Assembly: GCA_028534125.1 (NCBI GenBank) | Contig: CM052817.1 | Span: 41,294,001-41,358,000 of the forward strand | Direction: 5' to 3' | From: Lama glama | Lineage: Eukaryota | Length of the DNA stretch: 64,000 nt | Shown: piece after piece, positions 38,421 through 50,666 of the stretch | Position numbering within the stretch: position 1 is the stretch's first letter | Layout of the letters: every line of letters begins with the position of its first letter | Translations under genes and position numbers: made by a program | The notes under the pieces: generated by a model | The model's input: only the letters and a program-made list of their open reading frames with translations | Database searches by the model: none | What the model was told of the DNA's origin: nothing

Positions 38421-39429
38421 CACCCGACACGGGCCGCACTGACCACTGATCTTTGGATGTCCCAAGGAGACGAATATGGGAGACTTCTGCAAGTGGCATC
38501 TACCCATTCGCATCCTTGATGTCATGGATTAAGTTTGCACTGTTCTTGCTGCTTTGCTAAGAAAACCTAAGTCAAAGCGACCTTGAACTGAGTCCAAATC
38601 AGAATTCTTGCAATCTGAGACCATGCTTTGTGGTCTGGCCTAATGCACTGGGCTCATTTTGCTGGTCTATGTTATCATCAAAAAGACTGGTGGGTTCAGG
38701 GAAGGAAAGAATCTGTTAAACCCGTTTGACTGAACCATGGGTTAATTCAGTCAACCTGGTCAATCTTGTAACCTGACACAGACACACCTCTGAGTTCGCA
38801 TTTTTCTGATACCCAAACTCTAAAAGGGGCCGCAGACGAATATCTTGAATATACACACAACTTCCACCTGTACTTTCTTCTAACATGAGGCTTTTAGAGA
38901 ATTATTACCAGCCTCCCCACCTTCCTGCAAAGCCCCCACTTCTTCCGTCAGAGTCACAAGAAAGTGCCAGAAATTCTAAGAAGTGGGCTGTTTTCCACAT
39001 TTATATTTCACTGTAAAAACAGCAGTGCCCTCTGATTTATGCTCCCTCTGTGACATGTACCAGGAAGGCCTTGCTTGTAGAGCACACATTAATTACCACC
39101 GCTGTCTTCTCTGAGCACTTTACAGCTTTTTCCTAGTTTCTGATCAATGGAGAGAGAAAGCCTAAGAAATGCTTCTGCATCCGAAGCCGATGAAACAAAG
39201 CACGTTTCATTTTGAAGTGTCTCTCAGTCCTTCTGAACTCACATCCCAATTCTGGGTTACTGGGTATACATAGAAAATTGTTTGCCCCTGTACCATTTAA
39301 TAAGTGCAGGCAAACTATTTTAAAGAGTAATCGAGTGTAGGTTTGGCCCCACTTCGTTTATCTCTGGGGTCCTGAAGAAGCTTATGAGCCCTTAAGATGC
39401 CTGTTACTTAGCAGAGGCTGAATTTACTT

Positions 39430-39448
39430 TGGCCACTAGAGGGCAGCA
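39430..39448 (+). promoter_or_regulatory. Strong CTCF binding motif
   Basis: TGGCCACTAGAGGGCAGCA fully matches core CCASYAGRKGGCRS, in non-repetitive sequence. Confidence 0.65.
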
Positions 39449-39804
39449 CGGCACAGAAAGTGTGGCGCAGGTAGCAGACACTTGTCTGATTTAAAGGATG
39501 TGAAGAGGCTTTCTGGGGTCTAGGGCAGGCAAGGAGGGACTTCCTCAAAAAGCAAACAATAAAAAAAATCCCTACAATTACCTTGTGTGAGAAAGAATAA
39601 AGAAATGTGCAACATCTCGGCATTTCTTTGGAATTCACAGCGGCTAATGAGAGAAAAGTAGATGACTGTATTTAGATCATTTATCCCTCATCCCCGTAAT
39701 GGAAGAAGAAGGAATGAACTACTCAGTTAAATTGAGAACAAGGTACCAAAGTCAGGAGGACGGTTTAAGGTGCAAGTTTACTCATGTGGGAGAAATGACA
39801 CTTA

Positions 39805-39965
39805 AGAGCATTTAGACCTGGGTTTATACGCCATTTCTATCATTTGCGAGCTGTGTGATGCAGAAAGTGGTTTAATTCTCTAAGCTTCAGTTTGCTCAGC
39901 TGAGAAGTGGGGATAATAATAATTACCTCATAGAGAGGTTGTGACCTTAAAGGGAATAGTGCACA
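39805..39965 (+). mobile_element. MIR SINE
   Basis: agacctgggttt...gctgtgtga...tctctaagcttcagtttgctcagctgagaagtggggataataataattacctcatagagaggttgtga. Confidence 0.75.
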
Positions 39966-40492
39966 GGAAGAGATGAACTCAGCTAGTGATATAAATGTAG
40001 GCTCTGGCTATGATTAAAGTCATCCATCAGCTCACTGTTGGAAATAGACTTTGCCCTTCCAAAGCCTTTTAGGTCCTGGATTCTGGCTCCTAAGGGAGAT
40101 GCAGGAGCCAGGAATAAATGGGCCCAGCAGGAGAAAAAGGGAAAGGTGGCAGTTCTGACATGGTGACCAACATCCTGGTCCTCCCATGGGCTTGAGTAAG
40201 CTGCCTGCCTTGGTGCAGGCAGGATGCTGCAGCCGCTGGTTATTTGGCTCCAGGCCTTTTGCAGGGAATGAGAAGGCTGGGAGCTTAGCACAGAGGTGGG
40301 CTGGAGAGGGTGATAGTGGCTGATTCCTACCCCTTGCACCTTTTTAAAAAGAATTTTAAAATTTTTATTATTTTATTCTGCAGAGCTTGAAGCCACAATG
40401 GGAAGGAGTGGGTAGTTGAGCAGGCCTGCCCAACAGAGGGGGGTGCCCCTGCCTCCTGTTTCTATTCTTATTGCCCTTGGGACTCTTTCTCA

Positions 40493-40590
40493 TTTTCTTT
40501 TTCTTTTTTAATGAGAGCACTGAGGATTGAACCCAGGACCTTGTGCACACTAGGCAGCTACTCTGCTACTGAGCTACATACCCGTTACCT
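40493..40590 (-). mobile_element. tRNA-Ala-derived camelid SINE
   Basis: actgaggattgaacccaggaccttgtgcacactaggcagctactctgctactgagctacatacc with an upstream T-rich tail. Confidence 0.8.
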
Positions 40591-40692
40591 GACCCCTCTC
40601 ACTCTTTTTCTTAGCTCCTTCCTCTCCTGCTTCTTTCAGTCTTGCTTCTAAACTTATCAAACCCTCTGTTCTGCCAATAAGCATCTCTTTTA

Positions 40693-41150
40693 ATTTATTT
40701 ATCCATCCAACAAGTATTTATTGAGGACTGACTGTTGCCATATATTGGGAATACAGTCCTGAATAGAGGTCGGAGCTCTGCTCTAATGAAACTCTCTAGT
40801 GGGGAAAACAGACAATAAGTAAGCAAACAAACAAACAAAAAAATCAGATCATTTCTGGCAGTGGTTAAGTTGCAAGTAAGGTGAAAGTTGAGGTGCATAA
40901 GATGGTGCTGTCAGGGAAGGCTTCTCTGAGGAGGTGACATTAAAACTGAGGCTTGAATGATGAACACAAGCCACCCAGGCACAGATCGTAGCATTCCCAG
41001 CAAGGGCAAAGGCCCCACAGTGGGCTTGTTGCGTTGAGCGGACAGAGTTAAGGTCTATGGGAGGGAAGGGGGTGTGGGGAGAGATGATGTCCGGGGTCAG
41101 CCTGTCAGCCTTTGGAGGCCAGATTAGAGTCTGAATTTGCTTCTAAAGCA
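40693..41150 (-). mobile_element. L2 LINE 3' fragment
   Basis: catccaacaagtatttattgagg...gtcagggaaggcttctctgaggaggtgacattaaaactgaggcttgaatgatga. Confidence 0.8.
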
Positions 41151-42124
41151 AAAGAGGAGTAATTTTTTTGCCTTAAGAAAATGTTCCCTCCTTCAGTGTC
41201 ATAGATAGTATCTTATGTTTTCTTCTATCTGTTTTGTAATTTGGGTTTCTACTCAGTAGAAATGCCTAGGAAGAAAATCAGCTCCTGTGGGGGAGAAAAA
41301 TGATGCATTTAGTAAGATAGATGGATTTACAAATCAAAGAAATATAACCAAAGTAACTGGGATCGCTTCCCAATCCCCCTTCTAAATGAATAATTAGATC
41401 CTTGTTTTCACTCTAGTCTAGAACATTGTCATCAGAACTTAAAAGCTGCCTTGCAATTTCCTTGCCTTCTAGCGAGAGTGAATATGGAGACTGGCATCTA
41501 AAGGGTCTTCTGGGTGGTTCTGGGACTGACTTAGAGATGAGGCAGAGCAATGCAAAAGAACACTAGGAAGTGCAATGCCGGCACATATGTGATCACCGGT
41601 AATTTCCAGCACGGCCCTTTCCAAATAATATTCCCAAACACCATCTAAAAGAGTGAAGCCAGCTGAAATAGCCCAGATGTTTCCCCAGCTTGTAGAGTAA
41701 AACACACCACTATAAACTGGGAGAGATGACATCAAAGTAGTCTGCAAAGCCAGGGTCTTAATGGAATCAAAGATATCCCCAAAGCTTTCAGGCATCTGCT
41801 CTTGTACCGTGACCTGGGCTCCTCTGGATCTGGCCAGTGTATGTCTTGAAAGCTCACATCTGGAAACGATGTCACAAGTGCTCCAAAAGCTGATTCTTTC
41901 ATCAATAAGAGGTTGCTTTCTTCAGAGAAAAGATGAAATAATGCAGGTTTCTCAGTTAGGCACACTCTTTACCTCCAAAGAAAATGAAGAGTTCCCAGGT
42001 AGACTCTAAAACAATGGAACAGAGACTAATCACACAGAACCAGTTGGAAATTCTCATGTGTCCAAGTCCTTACTCTGACTTGTTCCAATTAAAGCCCGAG
42101 CACAAGGTGAGAGCTTCTGACACG

Positions 42125-42523
42125 TTGTGAGTGTGTTCTACTCACGTCTTCTTGAGTCCCTCACATTTCCACAGGCAGCCGCCAGTACCGCTCTTGGGCT
42201 GATGGACCCTGCCTTGCCTATCGGAAGATCTAGGGATTAATGACTCCCTAGGGGCATCCTTATGCGTTACCTGAGGCTGGGAATAGAAGCATCCCAGCTC
42301 CCTTGCCCCTTGGCAGGATGACTGTGCCGTGTATGCGTTGATGCCTTTTCCCAGAGCCTCTTAGTTGGATAGAGCTCTGGTTGCCTCCTGAGGTATCTAG
42401 CTTCATTCTGGGCCCTTACGGTCTGCCTTACTTCTTCTGTCTCATCTACCCTCGAATCTCCAAAATAAACTGTGTATTCAGTCCCATATTGGGGTCCGCT
42501 CTCAGAGAAACCCAACTACCACA
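42125..42523 (+). mobile_element. LTR16-family ERVL LTR
   Basis: cccagctcccttgccccttggcaggatgact...gagctctggttgcc...ctccaaaataaac...gggtccgctctcagagaaacccaactaccaca. Confidence 0.7.
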
Positions 42524-42935
42524 CATCGCTGCTGGAATAGTTTCCCTCTCCTTAACATTGATGTGGAGAGGAAGCACATGTCCTAAACATGAGAGCTGCT
42601 GCGGGAGAAAGATCAGCTGAAGTTTCCTGCCAGCTGTGCGGGTGCACAGTGGCTGCACACCATTAGAACTTCAGGATTACCAGCCCTGCCCTTACTCAGG
42701 TCCTTCCACCTTCTCCGTGCTCTGCTCTGCTGATAGTATGGGGAGAATTCAAGTTTAGAACAGACCTCTCCCATTGCATGAAGGATGATGGTTGTTGATA
42801 CCATGAAATACTCTTGGCTAAAGAAACTTAAGGGCAGAGGAAATTTTAAAATAGGAAGTTCCAAGATGATATATCAGTCAAAGTTTTGTTAGCTTAAGAA
42901 AAGTTTGGGTGTATCTATTAAAACTAGATTACCAG

Positions 42936-44007
42936 TAGCAAGGATATCACACAAAAACAAAAAATTATAGGCCAGTATCACTGAGGAACATACGTGCAAA
43001 AACTCTCAACAAAATGACTCCAGTGATACATTAAAAGGATCACACACCATGATCAAGTAGGATTTATCCCAGGGGTGCAGGGGTTTTTCAATATCTGCAA
43101 ATCAATCAATGTGGTACACCACGTTAACAAATTGAAGAATGAAAACCATATAATCATCTCAATAGATGCAGAAAAAGCTTTTGATAAACTTCAACCTCCA
43201 TTTATGATAAAAACTCTCCAGAAAGTGGGCATAGACAGAACATACCTCAACATAATAACGGCCATATATGACAAACCCACAGCTAACATCATGCTCAATG
43301 GTGAAAAGCTAAAAGCATTTCCTCTAATATCAGGCTGAGTCTGGGTTGCCCACTTTCACCACTTTCATTCAACATAAACATAGTTTTGGAAGTCCTAGCC
43401 ACAGCAATCAAAGAAGAAAAAGAAATAAAAAGATTCTAAATTGGATAAAAAGAAGTAAAATTGTCACTGTTGGCAGATGACATGATACTATATGTAGGAA
43501 ATCCTAAAGATGCTACCAGAAAAATACTAGAGCTCATCAATGAATTTGGTAGAGTTCAGGATACAAAATTAATACACAGAAATCTGTTACATTTCTATAT
43601 AGACCTAGAGATTATCATATTAAGTGAAGTAAGTCAGACAGGGAAAGACAGATATCATTTGATATCACTTATATATGAAATCTAAAAAAAGATACAAGTG
43701 AAATTATTTACAAAACAAAAATAGACTCACAGACATAGAAAACAAATTTTTGACTACCAAATGGGAAACGAGGGGAGGGATAAATTGGAAGTTGGGATTA
43801 ACATATACACACTACTATGCGTAAAATAGATAAACGACAAGGACCTACTTACTGTACAGCACAGGAAACTGTTCGATATCTTGTAATAACCTATAATGGG
43901 AAAGATTCTTAAAAAGAATATACATGTATAACTGAATCACTTGCTACACACCTGAAACTAGCACAACATTGTGAAGCAACTATACTTCAATTAAAACATT
44001 TTTTTAA
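42936..44007 (+). mobile_element. L1 insertion: ORF2 RT-domain fragment fused directly to the ORF2 C-terminal end and 3' UTR
   Basis: ORF 43075-43338 [46 protein letters not shown] (FADD-like RT motif); junction ~43600 catttctatat|agacctagagattatc; degenerate TSD 42920-42935 / 44008-44023. Confidence 0.92.
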
Positions 44008-44089
44008 AAAGCTAGAATATCAGCCTCAAGACAGGAATATTGATTCAGTGGACATAGGGTAAAATTCAACTATTTGTGTTTTAAATAGG

Positions 44090-44560
44090 TGTAGCAGTTT
44101 TAAAACATGGTACTAAATTCTTTGACTCTCCTGGCATTGAGGGCTGAGTTCCACGTCCCCTCTCCTTGACTGTGGGCACAGTCATTGCTTGATGGATGAA
44201 GCACAGTAGATGGGATGCTGTGCGGGTTTCTCGGCCTGGGACTTAAGAAACCAGTAGCTTTCACTTCCTGTCTCTTGGGACGTTTCCTGTTGGAACCCAG
44301 CCACCGGGCTGTAAGGAAGCCAAGCAGCTGTGTGGCGAGGCCCTTTGTAAGTGCTCCAGCTGACCCCTCAGCTGAGGGCTGTCACCCAGCGACAACCCCC
44401 AGTCGCGTGAATAAACTGGTCCTCTGAAAATCCCAGTCCCCGAGGTGGGTCACCTTCAAGCAGCACCTGCTGACCTTCCATGGAGCAGAGACAAGCCAGA
44501 GCTTCCATGCTCTGCCCAAGCTGAGGGATGGATTGTTGTTGTTTGCAAAACAGAAACACT
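44090..44560 (+). mobile_element. MaLR LTR (MLT1G/H-like)
   Basis: tgtagcagttttaaaacatggtactaaattctttgactctcc...gaacccagccaccgggctgtaaggaagccaagcagc. Confidence 0.75.
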
Positions 44561-44659
44561 TACCAGAACAAAACTTTCTCCAGGTAATGCTTATGTTGAT
44601 GGCTCATGTGATTTGAAAAGTACTCTCTCCGGTAATCACGAAGCCATTACATTTCAGAG

Positions 44660-45056
44660 AGAGGACTGAATTATGTTCCCCCCAATATTTGCATGTTGAG
44701 GTCCTAATACCCAAGGTCATGGTATTTAGAGATGGACATTTGGAGATAATGAGGTTTAGATGAAGTCATGAAGGTGGGGCTCTCATTACGGAATTAGAGC
44801 CTTTTTTAGGAAGATACCCCAGAGAGCCAGCTGCCTCTCTCTCTTTCACCACCCCCACCCTCACACAAAAAGGGGTCTTATAAGTGTACAGCGGATGACG
44901 ACCATCTGCAAGCCAGAAGAGTGCTCTCACCAGAACCCGAAGTTGCTAGTAGCCTGATGGTGAACTTCTAGACTCCAGGCTGTGAGAATAAATTTCTGTT
45001 GTTTAAGCCACCCAGTCTATGATATCTGGTTATGGCACCTTGAGCAGATTAATACT
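44660..45056 (+). mobile_element. MaLR LTR (MLT1A-like)
   Basis: ggactgaattatgttcccccc...catctgcaagccag...gtgagaataaatttctgttgtttaagccacccagtctatg...gcagattaatac. Confidence 0.85.
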
Positions 45057-47559
45057 CCTTTCCTAAGGGATCACTAGAAGATAGGGAGGCAACCCTTCTT
45101 TGACTGAGAGATGTGATGGCAGAGGTAAGAGCGGCTCAAGAAACCTGAAAGTCCTTGCCAAGAAAACGAACAACCCAGACAGCTTCGTTTAAAGAGAAGA
45201 AATTAGAAAACCTACCTTGGTTTCTTTAGGACTGTGTTACACCTGGTGTTCCATACCAGGCCTTTTTGTCTGAGATCTTTCTTTGTTTTCTGCATCTGCT
45301 CCGTTCAGCAGAAGAGCGGCACTCGTGTCGTCAACACTTAGGACATTTTTAGAAAGCAAAACATTTGACTCACTGAAAATGTTTCATTACATAGTATTTC
45401 TGCTGCAGATTATTCTTTCCTTCTTGGAAAAGAATCAGGTTATAAAACCTTGGGGAAGCAGTTAGCAGGACCTTTAAATGGTGTTTGATTTTTTTTTTTT
45501 AAGCTTAAGCATCTGACCATGGTTTTTCCAAGTCAAACAGCAGTTGAAAAACTAAGAGGCTTTGAAGTCAGAGGGCTGTAATGCTGTGGGCTACTTCTCT
45601 GTCTCTCTCCTGAAATAGCAGGTGAGATCAGATGAGAAAATTTGTACAGATACTGTTTGTGTTTCCCTACAAAGAAGACCATTTCTTAAGAGTCTGCCCC
45701 ATAAACTTTACTTAGGTTCTGTAATACACTGAGCCACTTTTTTGAAATGTATAAGAAAAAAAAATGCACTGTGCTGAGGAAACTTTATTTAACCACACTT
45801 TATTACTTTTAAACATGAGAAGTGTCATTTTTCTTTTACTTTTCAAATAATGAACAGGAACAGGAAGGCCCCGAGTTTTGGAAGGCCACATAGCAAGCCA
45901 TGACTGAGTTCAAACTCACAATGATAGAGGCCTTTTTAAAGGATACAAAGATCTCAATAATGATATCGTTCCTTTACATGGGACCTACAACGTGCCAGTC
46001 TCAATCCTTGTCATCCTGGAGTATTTTTCACTGTTGCGGGACATCAGTGGTGAAGGTATTTGTAATGGATGAAGAAAGTGAAATTCAGAGTGGTTGGGTA
46101 ACTGGACCAAGCTGCATTACTAATGAGAGGCTGTGTCAGAACCCTCCAACTCCATGGCTCTGAAATCCACATTCTTTCCTCTGCTATGTCGTGTGACATC
46201 TGTCAGGATATTCGCATTTATGCAAATACCAGATCAATCTATTAATAATTAATCTCTCACCCTAGAAGAGCAGAAGACTCTCAGTGAGAGTGAAATGGGT
46301 ATTGGTAGTCCAGCGATTTGAATGCTATTTCATTTCCTTACTAATGAAATTCTTCCAAAGCAAAACTGATTTAAAAAAATGTATATATTTAGTGGTAAGT
46401 GTGTGCTGGGAAGAAAGGCCAGGGGGACTGAGGACTATGTTTTACCAGCAGGTTCTAATCCTGTCATGATGATGGACCATCAAGGTATTGATCTGCAGAG
46501 CTTACAGTGATCATCATCATTTACAATTGTAGAGAGCTCTTATTTTTTAGGTCCAAGATAATTTGTCTGGAAGAAGACAAGACAACTAACTGGATCAGAA
46601 AGGAAGCCGTGCCTGGTACATGAGATTAGCTTTCTTTGGGGGAAACTTTGATTGCATCCAAGTTTCTGTGGAGAGACCAGGGAATTGTAGGTCACATGTA
46701 GTCACCAAGGAAGCAGTCTATTTGCAAAATACAATAAATACAAAAGTTTGAAACTGAGAATTGGTTTATTATAACAATGCATGAAATGATGAAGTTGAGG
46801 TAGTACCTTGAGTAGGGGGACGATGCCCTCAAAAACGGGATGTAAGGGCATCTTTGTGAGCAGTTTCCTGAGCTAAAGAAGGGAAGATGTCTAGCCTGCT
46901 CGACAGGCCTCTTTCTGTAGAGAAGGAAGAGAATGCATCAGTTTGCTGTATCTTCCTGATAATGAACGTTCCCAGGATAATCTAACTCCTCCAGCTTTGA
47001 TTCTGTATTCGCCAAGCAACCTCCGATGGTAATTGAGTTTCCCAAATAGATTTCTCTCCTTGGAAGGCAATGAGTGGACCGACTGACATGACTATCCAAT
47101 CTTTTTGGCAGTGTGATTTCTCACTGTGAATTAAGACCCTGGCTCCTGCATGCGATGTAGCTGGGTGAGGTGAGGCTGATCTGAGTTCTGAGGTTATCTG
47201 AATCCCAAAGCCCTGGGTCTGCAGAACTGCTAATAGCAACTACATACATTCGTATAGGAATTTGTAGTTAGTAAAGCCGTTGACCCAGGGCGTCCCATTT
47301 AGCTTTCATGATGTGTCTGTGAGGTATTTATCATGATCTCTATTTCATTAAGATTTGGGAAGGTTAAGTGAATTTCTCAAGGTCATACAGCTAGAGGCAG
47401 ATAGAATGCAAAACCCAGGGCTTTGGATGATAAATGCAGAACTCCTTCACTCCCGGGACAGGTGAGTACACAAACGTGTGGAGACTCACAAGATGGAGTT
47501 TCCAACAATGTGCAGCCTTATTGGTCTCCTGCTACCCCAGAGCCTCATGGACAGAGAAT

Positions 47560-48582
47560 GAACTTTAATTTAGTCATCACCCCAGTTTCCTCATGTCTCC
47601 TCATCACCTCCAGGCGTAGGAAACCACTGATCTGCTTTCTGTTTCTGTAGATTTGGCTATTCTTGACATTCCACATAAATGGAATCACACAATTTTGTGG
47701 TCCTTTGTGACTGGCTTCTTTCACTTAGCATAATGTCTTCAAGGCTCATCTGTGTTGTAGCTTCAGTACTTCCTTCTTTTTTCTTGCCAAATAATATTCT
47801 GTTGTAAGGATATACTACATCTCAGTTATCCATTTACCAGTTAATGGACACTTGGGTTTTTCCCTACTTTTTGACTGTTGGGAACAGTGCTATGAACATC
47901 TATGTGCAAGTTTTTATGTAAACATAGGTTTCCATTTCTCTTGGGTATATAACTAGAAATTGAGTTGCTGAATCGTATGATACTACTATATGTCTTACTA
48001 TTTGACAAACTGTCAAGCTGTTTTCAAAGCAGCTGCACCAGTTCACATTTTTACTGGCTATGTATGAGGCTTCCAATTTCTCTCCATCCTCACTGACACT
48101 TGTTACTATCTGATACTATTTATTTATTTATTTATGTACTTATTTTGATTGAAGTGTAGTTGATTTACACTTTGCTCTACACTTGTTACTACGTGACTTT
48201 TTGATTAGAGACGTGCCAATGGATATGAAGTGGTGTCTCACTGTGGCTTTGCTTAACAGTTCTCTGATGACTAATGACGTTAAACACCTTTTCGTGTACT
48301 TATTGGTCATTTGTGTATCTTCTTTGGAGAAATGTCTATTCAGATCCTTTGTCCATTTTTGCATTGTGTTATTTGTCTTTTTACCATTGAGTTGTAGTAG
48401 TTCTTTAGATAGTCTAGAGACGAGTTCCTCATCAGACACATAATTAAAAAAAAAACAGTCTCCTGTTTTGTGGGTCATCATTTCACTCTTCTGATGTTGT
48501 TCTTTGCGATACAAAAGTTTTTAATTTTGATGAGATCCAATTTACCTATTTTTTTTCTTTTGTTGCTTGTGCTTTTGGTGTC
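47560..48582 (-). mobile_element. Older L1 (L1MB-like) 3' region
   Basis: accactgatctgctttctgtttctgtagatttggctattcttgacattcc...; ORF 48140-48514 [24 protein letters not shown] is ORF2-like. Confidence 0.85.
48114..48178 (-). mobile_element. 65-bp L1 tail insertion nested in the older L1
   Basis: (TTTA)n tail plus attgaagtgtagttgatttacac; 18-bp TSD acacttgttacta(tc/cg)tga at 48096-48113 and 48179-48196. Confidence 0.8.
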
Positions 48583-49702
48583 CAGGTGAAACTTCTTGAA
48601 TAGGAAGAAAACCTGATTAGATGTCTAAATAATGTTAACTGTTACTGTGAAGTAAAATGTAAAAAAAAAAGAACAGTTTCAGAGCATAAGTATTTGCTTT
48701 CATGGAGTTGGCATGCTGATGAGAAGAAAAATGAAGAAAAGAGAGAAGGTAGAAAACAATAAAAGAAGGCTAGAAGAACTGTTGGTAAGGGATAAATATT
48801 GAAAATGAAATTTCGACAATAGCTCATTCTAGCAATGTTCATTGTCCTGTTTCTTTGTAGTGCAAACATATTATATCAACAAAGTATATCCCTCAAAGAA
48901 TACATTTTACATTTAGATTTTTTGGATGTTTTCCTAGAGATGGAAACAACCATGACTGTATCTTACATTTGTTCTCAAAACTATCAAGAGTCAAATGAGT
49001 TGTCCATATATTTTTCTATAAGAGTTAATTACTTGTTTTAGACCGATTTACTTTGTGCCTATATCATTACTAAAACAGCACCTTGGTTTATACAAAGGTC
49101 TTAAACTTCCTCTGAAACTCTAACATAATATAGTCTCTTTATACAAACCACAATATATGTAGCTTGTACCTATGACACAATTAGATTTCCTCTTGGTCTG
49201 TTGACAGGTATTTTATGAGTAACATCTGCAATAGCCAGTAATCTGCTGCAAGAAATAGTGCTGATTTCATTAGAAAATAATTTGCCTTTCAAAACACTTT
49301 TTCATGTATTCTAAGCACTCTCTAAGAATGCAACTTAATTATAGATCACCAAGGAAAGTTCTTGGAACAGTAAAGAAAAAATAAGTACATTCAGTTCAGC
49401 GATGAAAGGAAAAGGGGGTGAAGAAATTGTCTTTATCTGTGCTTTTGCATGTATGTATCATGATGGTTCAGTGGCTCTGTACCTATGTTTGTATCTAAGT
49501 GTAGGCTCATTTGCTCAGAATTAAATCTGAAGTGCTGATGGCTGCAAACTCCAGGAATATTACCATGGTCCTAGAATTCAAATGACAAGGCTTACGTGCT
49601 TAATCACAGTTTTAACTAAACAGTTATTTCGGAAACAATCTCTTTATTAAGCCAATTACATGTCAGCAAGAGTCAGCAAACACTGTATTTAAGAATTAAG
49701 TT

Positions 49703-49710
49703 TGACGTCA
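49703..49710. promoter_or_regulatory. Perfect palindromic CRE (CREB/ATF) site
   Basis: TGACGTCA with an intact CpG in AT-rich unique sequence. Confidence 0.4.
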
Positions 49711-50132
49711 CTTTGAAATGTACCATGTCTGGGTTATTATTTCTTACCTTTCCCCTTTATTTTCAGATTTTCTCTTTGAACTAATTCTAATTACATTCTT
49801 ATGCACAAATGTTTACCAGAAAGTTCTTCTATGGTTGCCTCTGTTTGTTTAATGAGAAATTCAAATCTTCCTAGGTTTGGGGCCAGTTCCCTAGATTTGG
49901 GAATATTTTTGTAAAAAGTGATTTTAGGTTTTTTTTTTAATCCCTAAACATCAGATTTAAAAAAAAAATTAACTTTTTTCTGCCAAAAATACATACACAC
50001 AACACATCTGAAGTATTATTTTTATTGTATTATATTATTTAAAACTAGTATTATATAAATATATATTATATAAATATATATACTCTATATAAAGTATACT
50101 TTTGAAAAAATAAGCTTTAAAAACATATCAGT

Positions 50133-50253
50133 GGGAGGAGGGTACAGCTCAGTGGTAGAGTGCATGCCTAGCAAGCATGAGGTCCTGGGTTCAATCCCCA
50201 GTCCCTCCATTAAATAAATAAATACATAAACCTAATTACACCCCCCCCAAAAA
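50133..50253 (+). mobile_element. tRNA-Ala(AGC)-derived camelid SINE (Vic-1 type), well preserved
   Basis: gggtacagctcagtggtagagtgcatgcctagcaagcatgaggtcctgggttcaatccccagtccctcca with A and B boxes; aaacctaattacaccccccc tail. Confidence 0.9.
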
Positions 50254-50310
50254 GGAAGTATACAGTGCTGTATGTCAGGTATATCTCAATAAAGCTGGAA
50301 GGGAAAGAAT

Positions 50311-50666
50311 GATCTAAAAAACAAAAACAAACAAACAAACAAACAAACAAACAAAAAACAAAGTGTAAATACAGGACAGAAATAGACTCATAGACATAGA
50401 ATAGAGACTTGTGGTTGCCAGGAGAGTAGAGGGTGGGAAGGGATAGACTGGGATTTCAAAATTGTAGAATAGATAAACAAGATTATACTGTATAGCACAG
50501 GGAATCACAGAGGAAAAGATGTGATAATGAGTGTGTATATGTCCATGTATGACTGAAAAATTGTGCTGAACACCAGAATTTGACACAACATTGTGAAATG
50601 ATTATAAATCAATAAAAAATGTTAAAAAAATAAATAAAAATAAAAATAAATAAAAGTATAAAAAAA
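50311..50666 (+). mobile_element. L1 3' UTR (same subfamily as the 35011-35983 copy)
   Basis: (CAAA)n, then gatagactgggatttcaaaattgtagaatagataaacaagattatactgtatagcac...tttgacacaacattg, then an A-rich tail. Confidence 0.9.

Noticed and set aside
41469..42009. Protein-like ORFs (MPESFGDIFDSIK...; MESKISPKL...) as a possible pseudogene or exon
   Set aside because: I recognise no homologue or consistent splice structure; a tBLASTx/BLASTP search would be needed to revive this.
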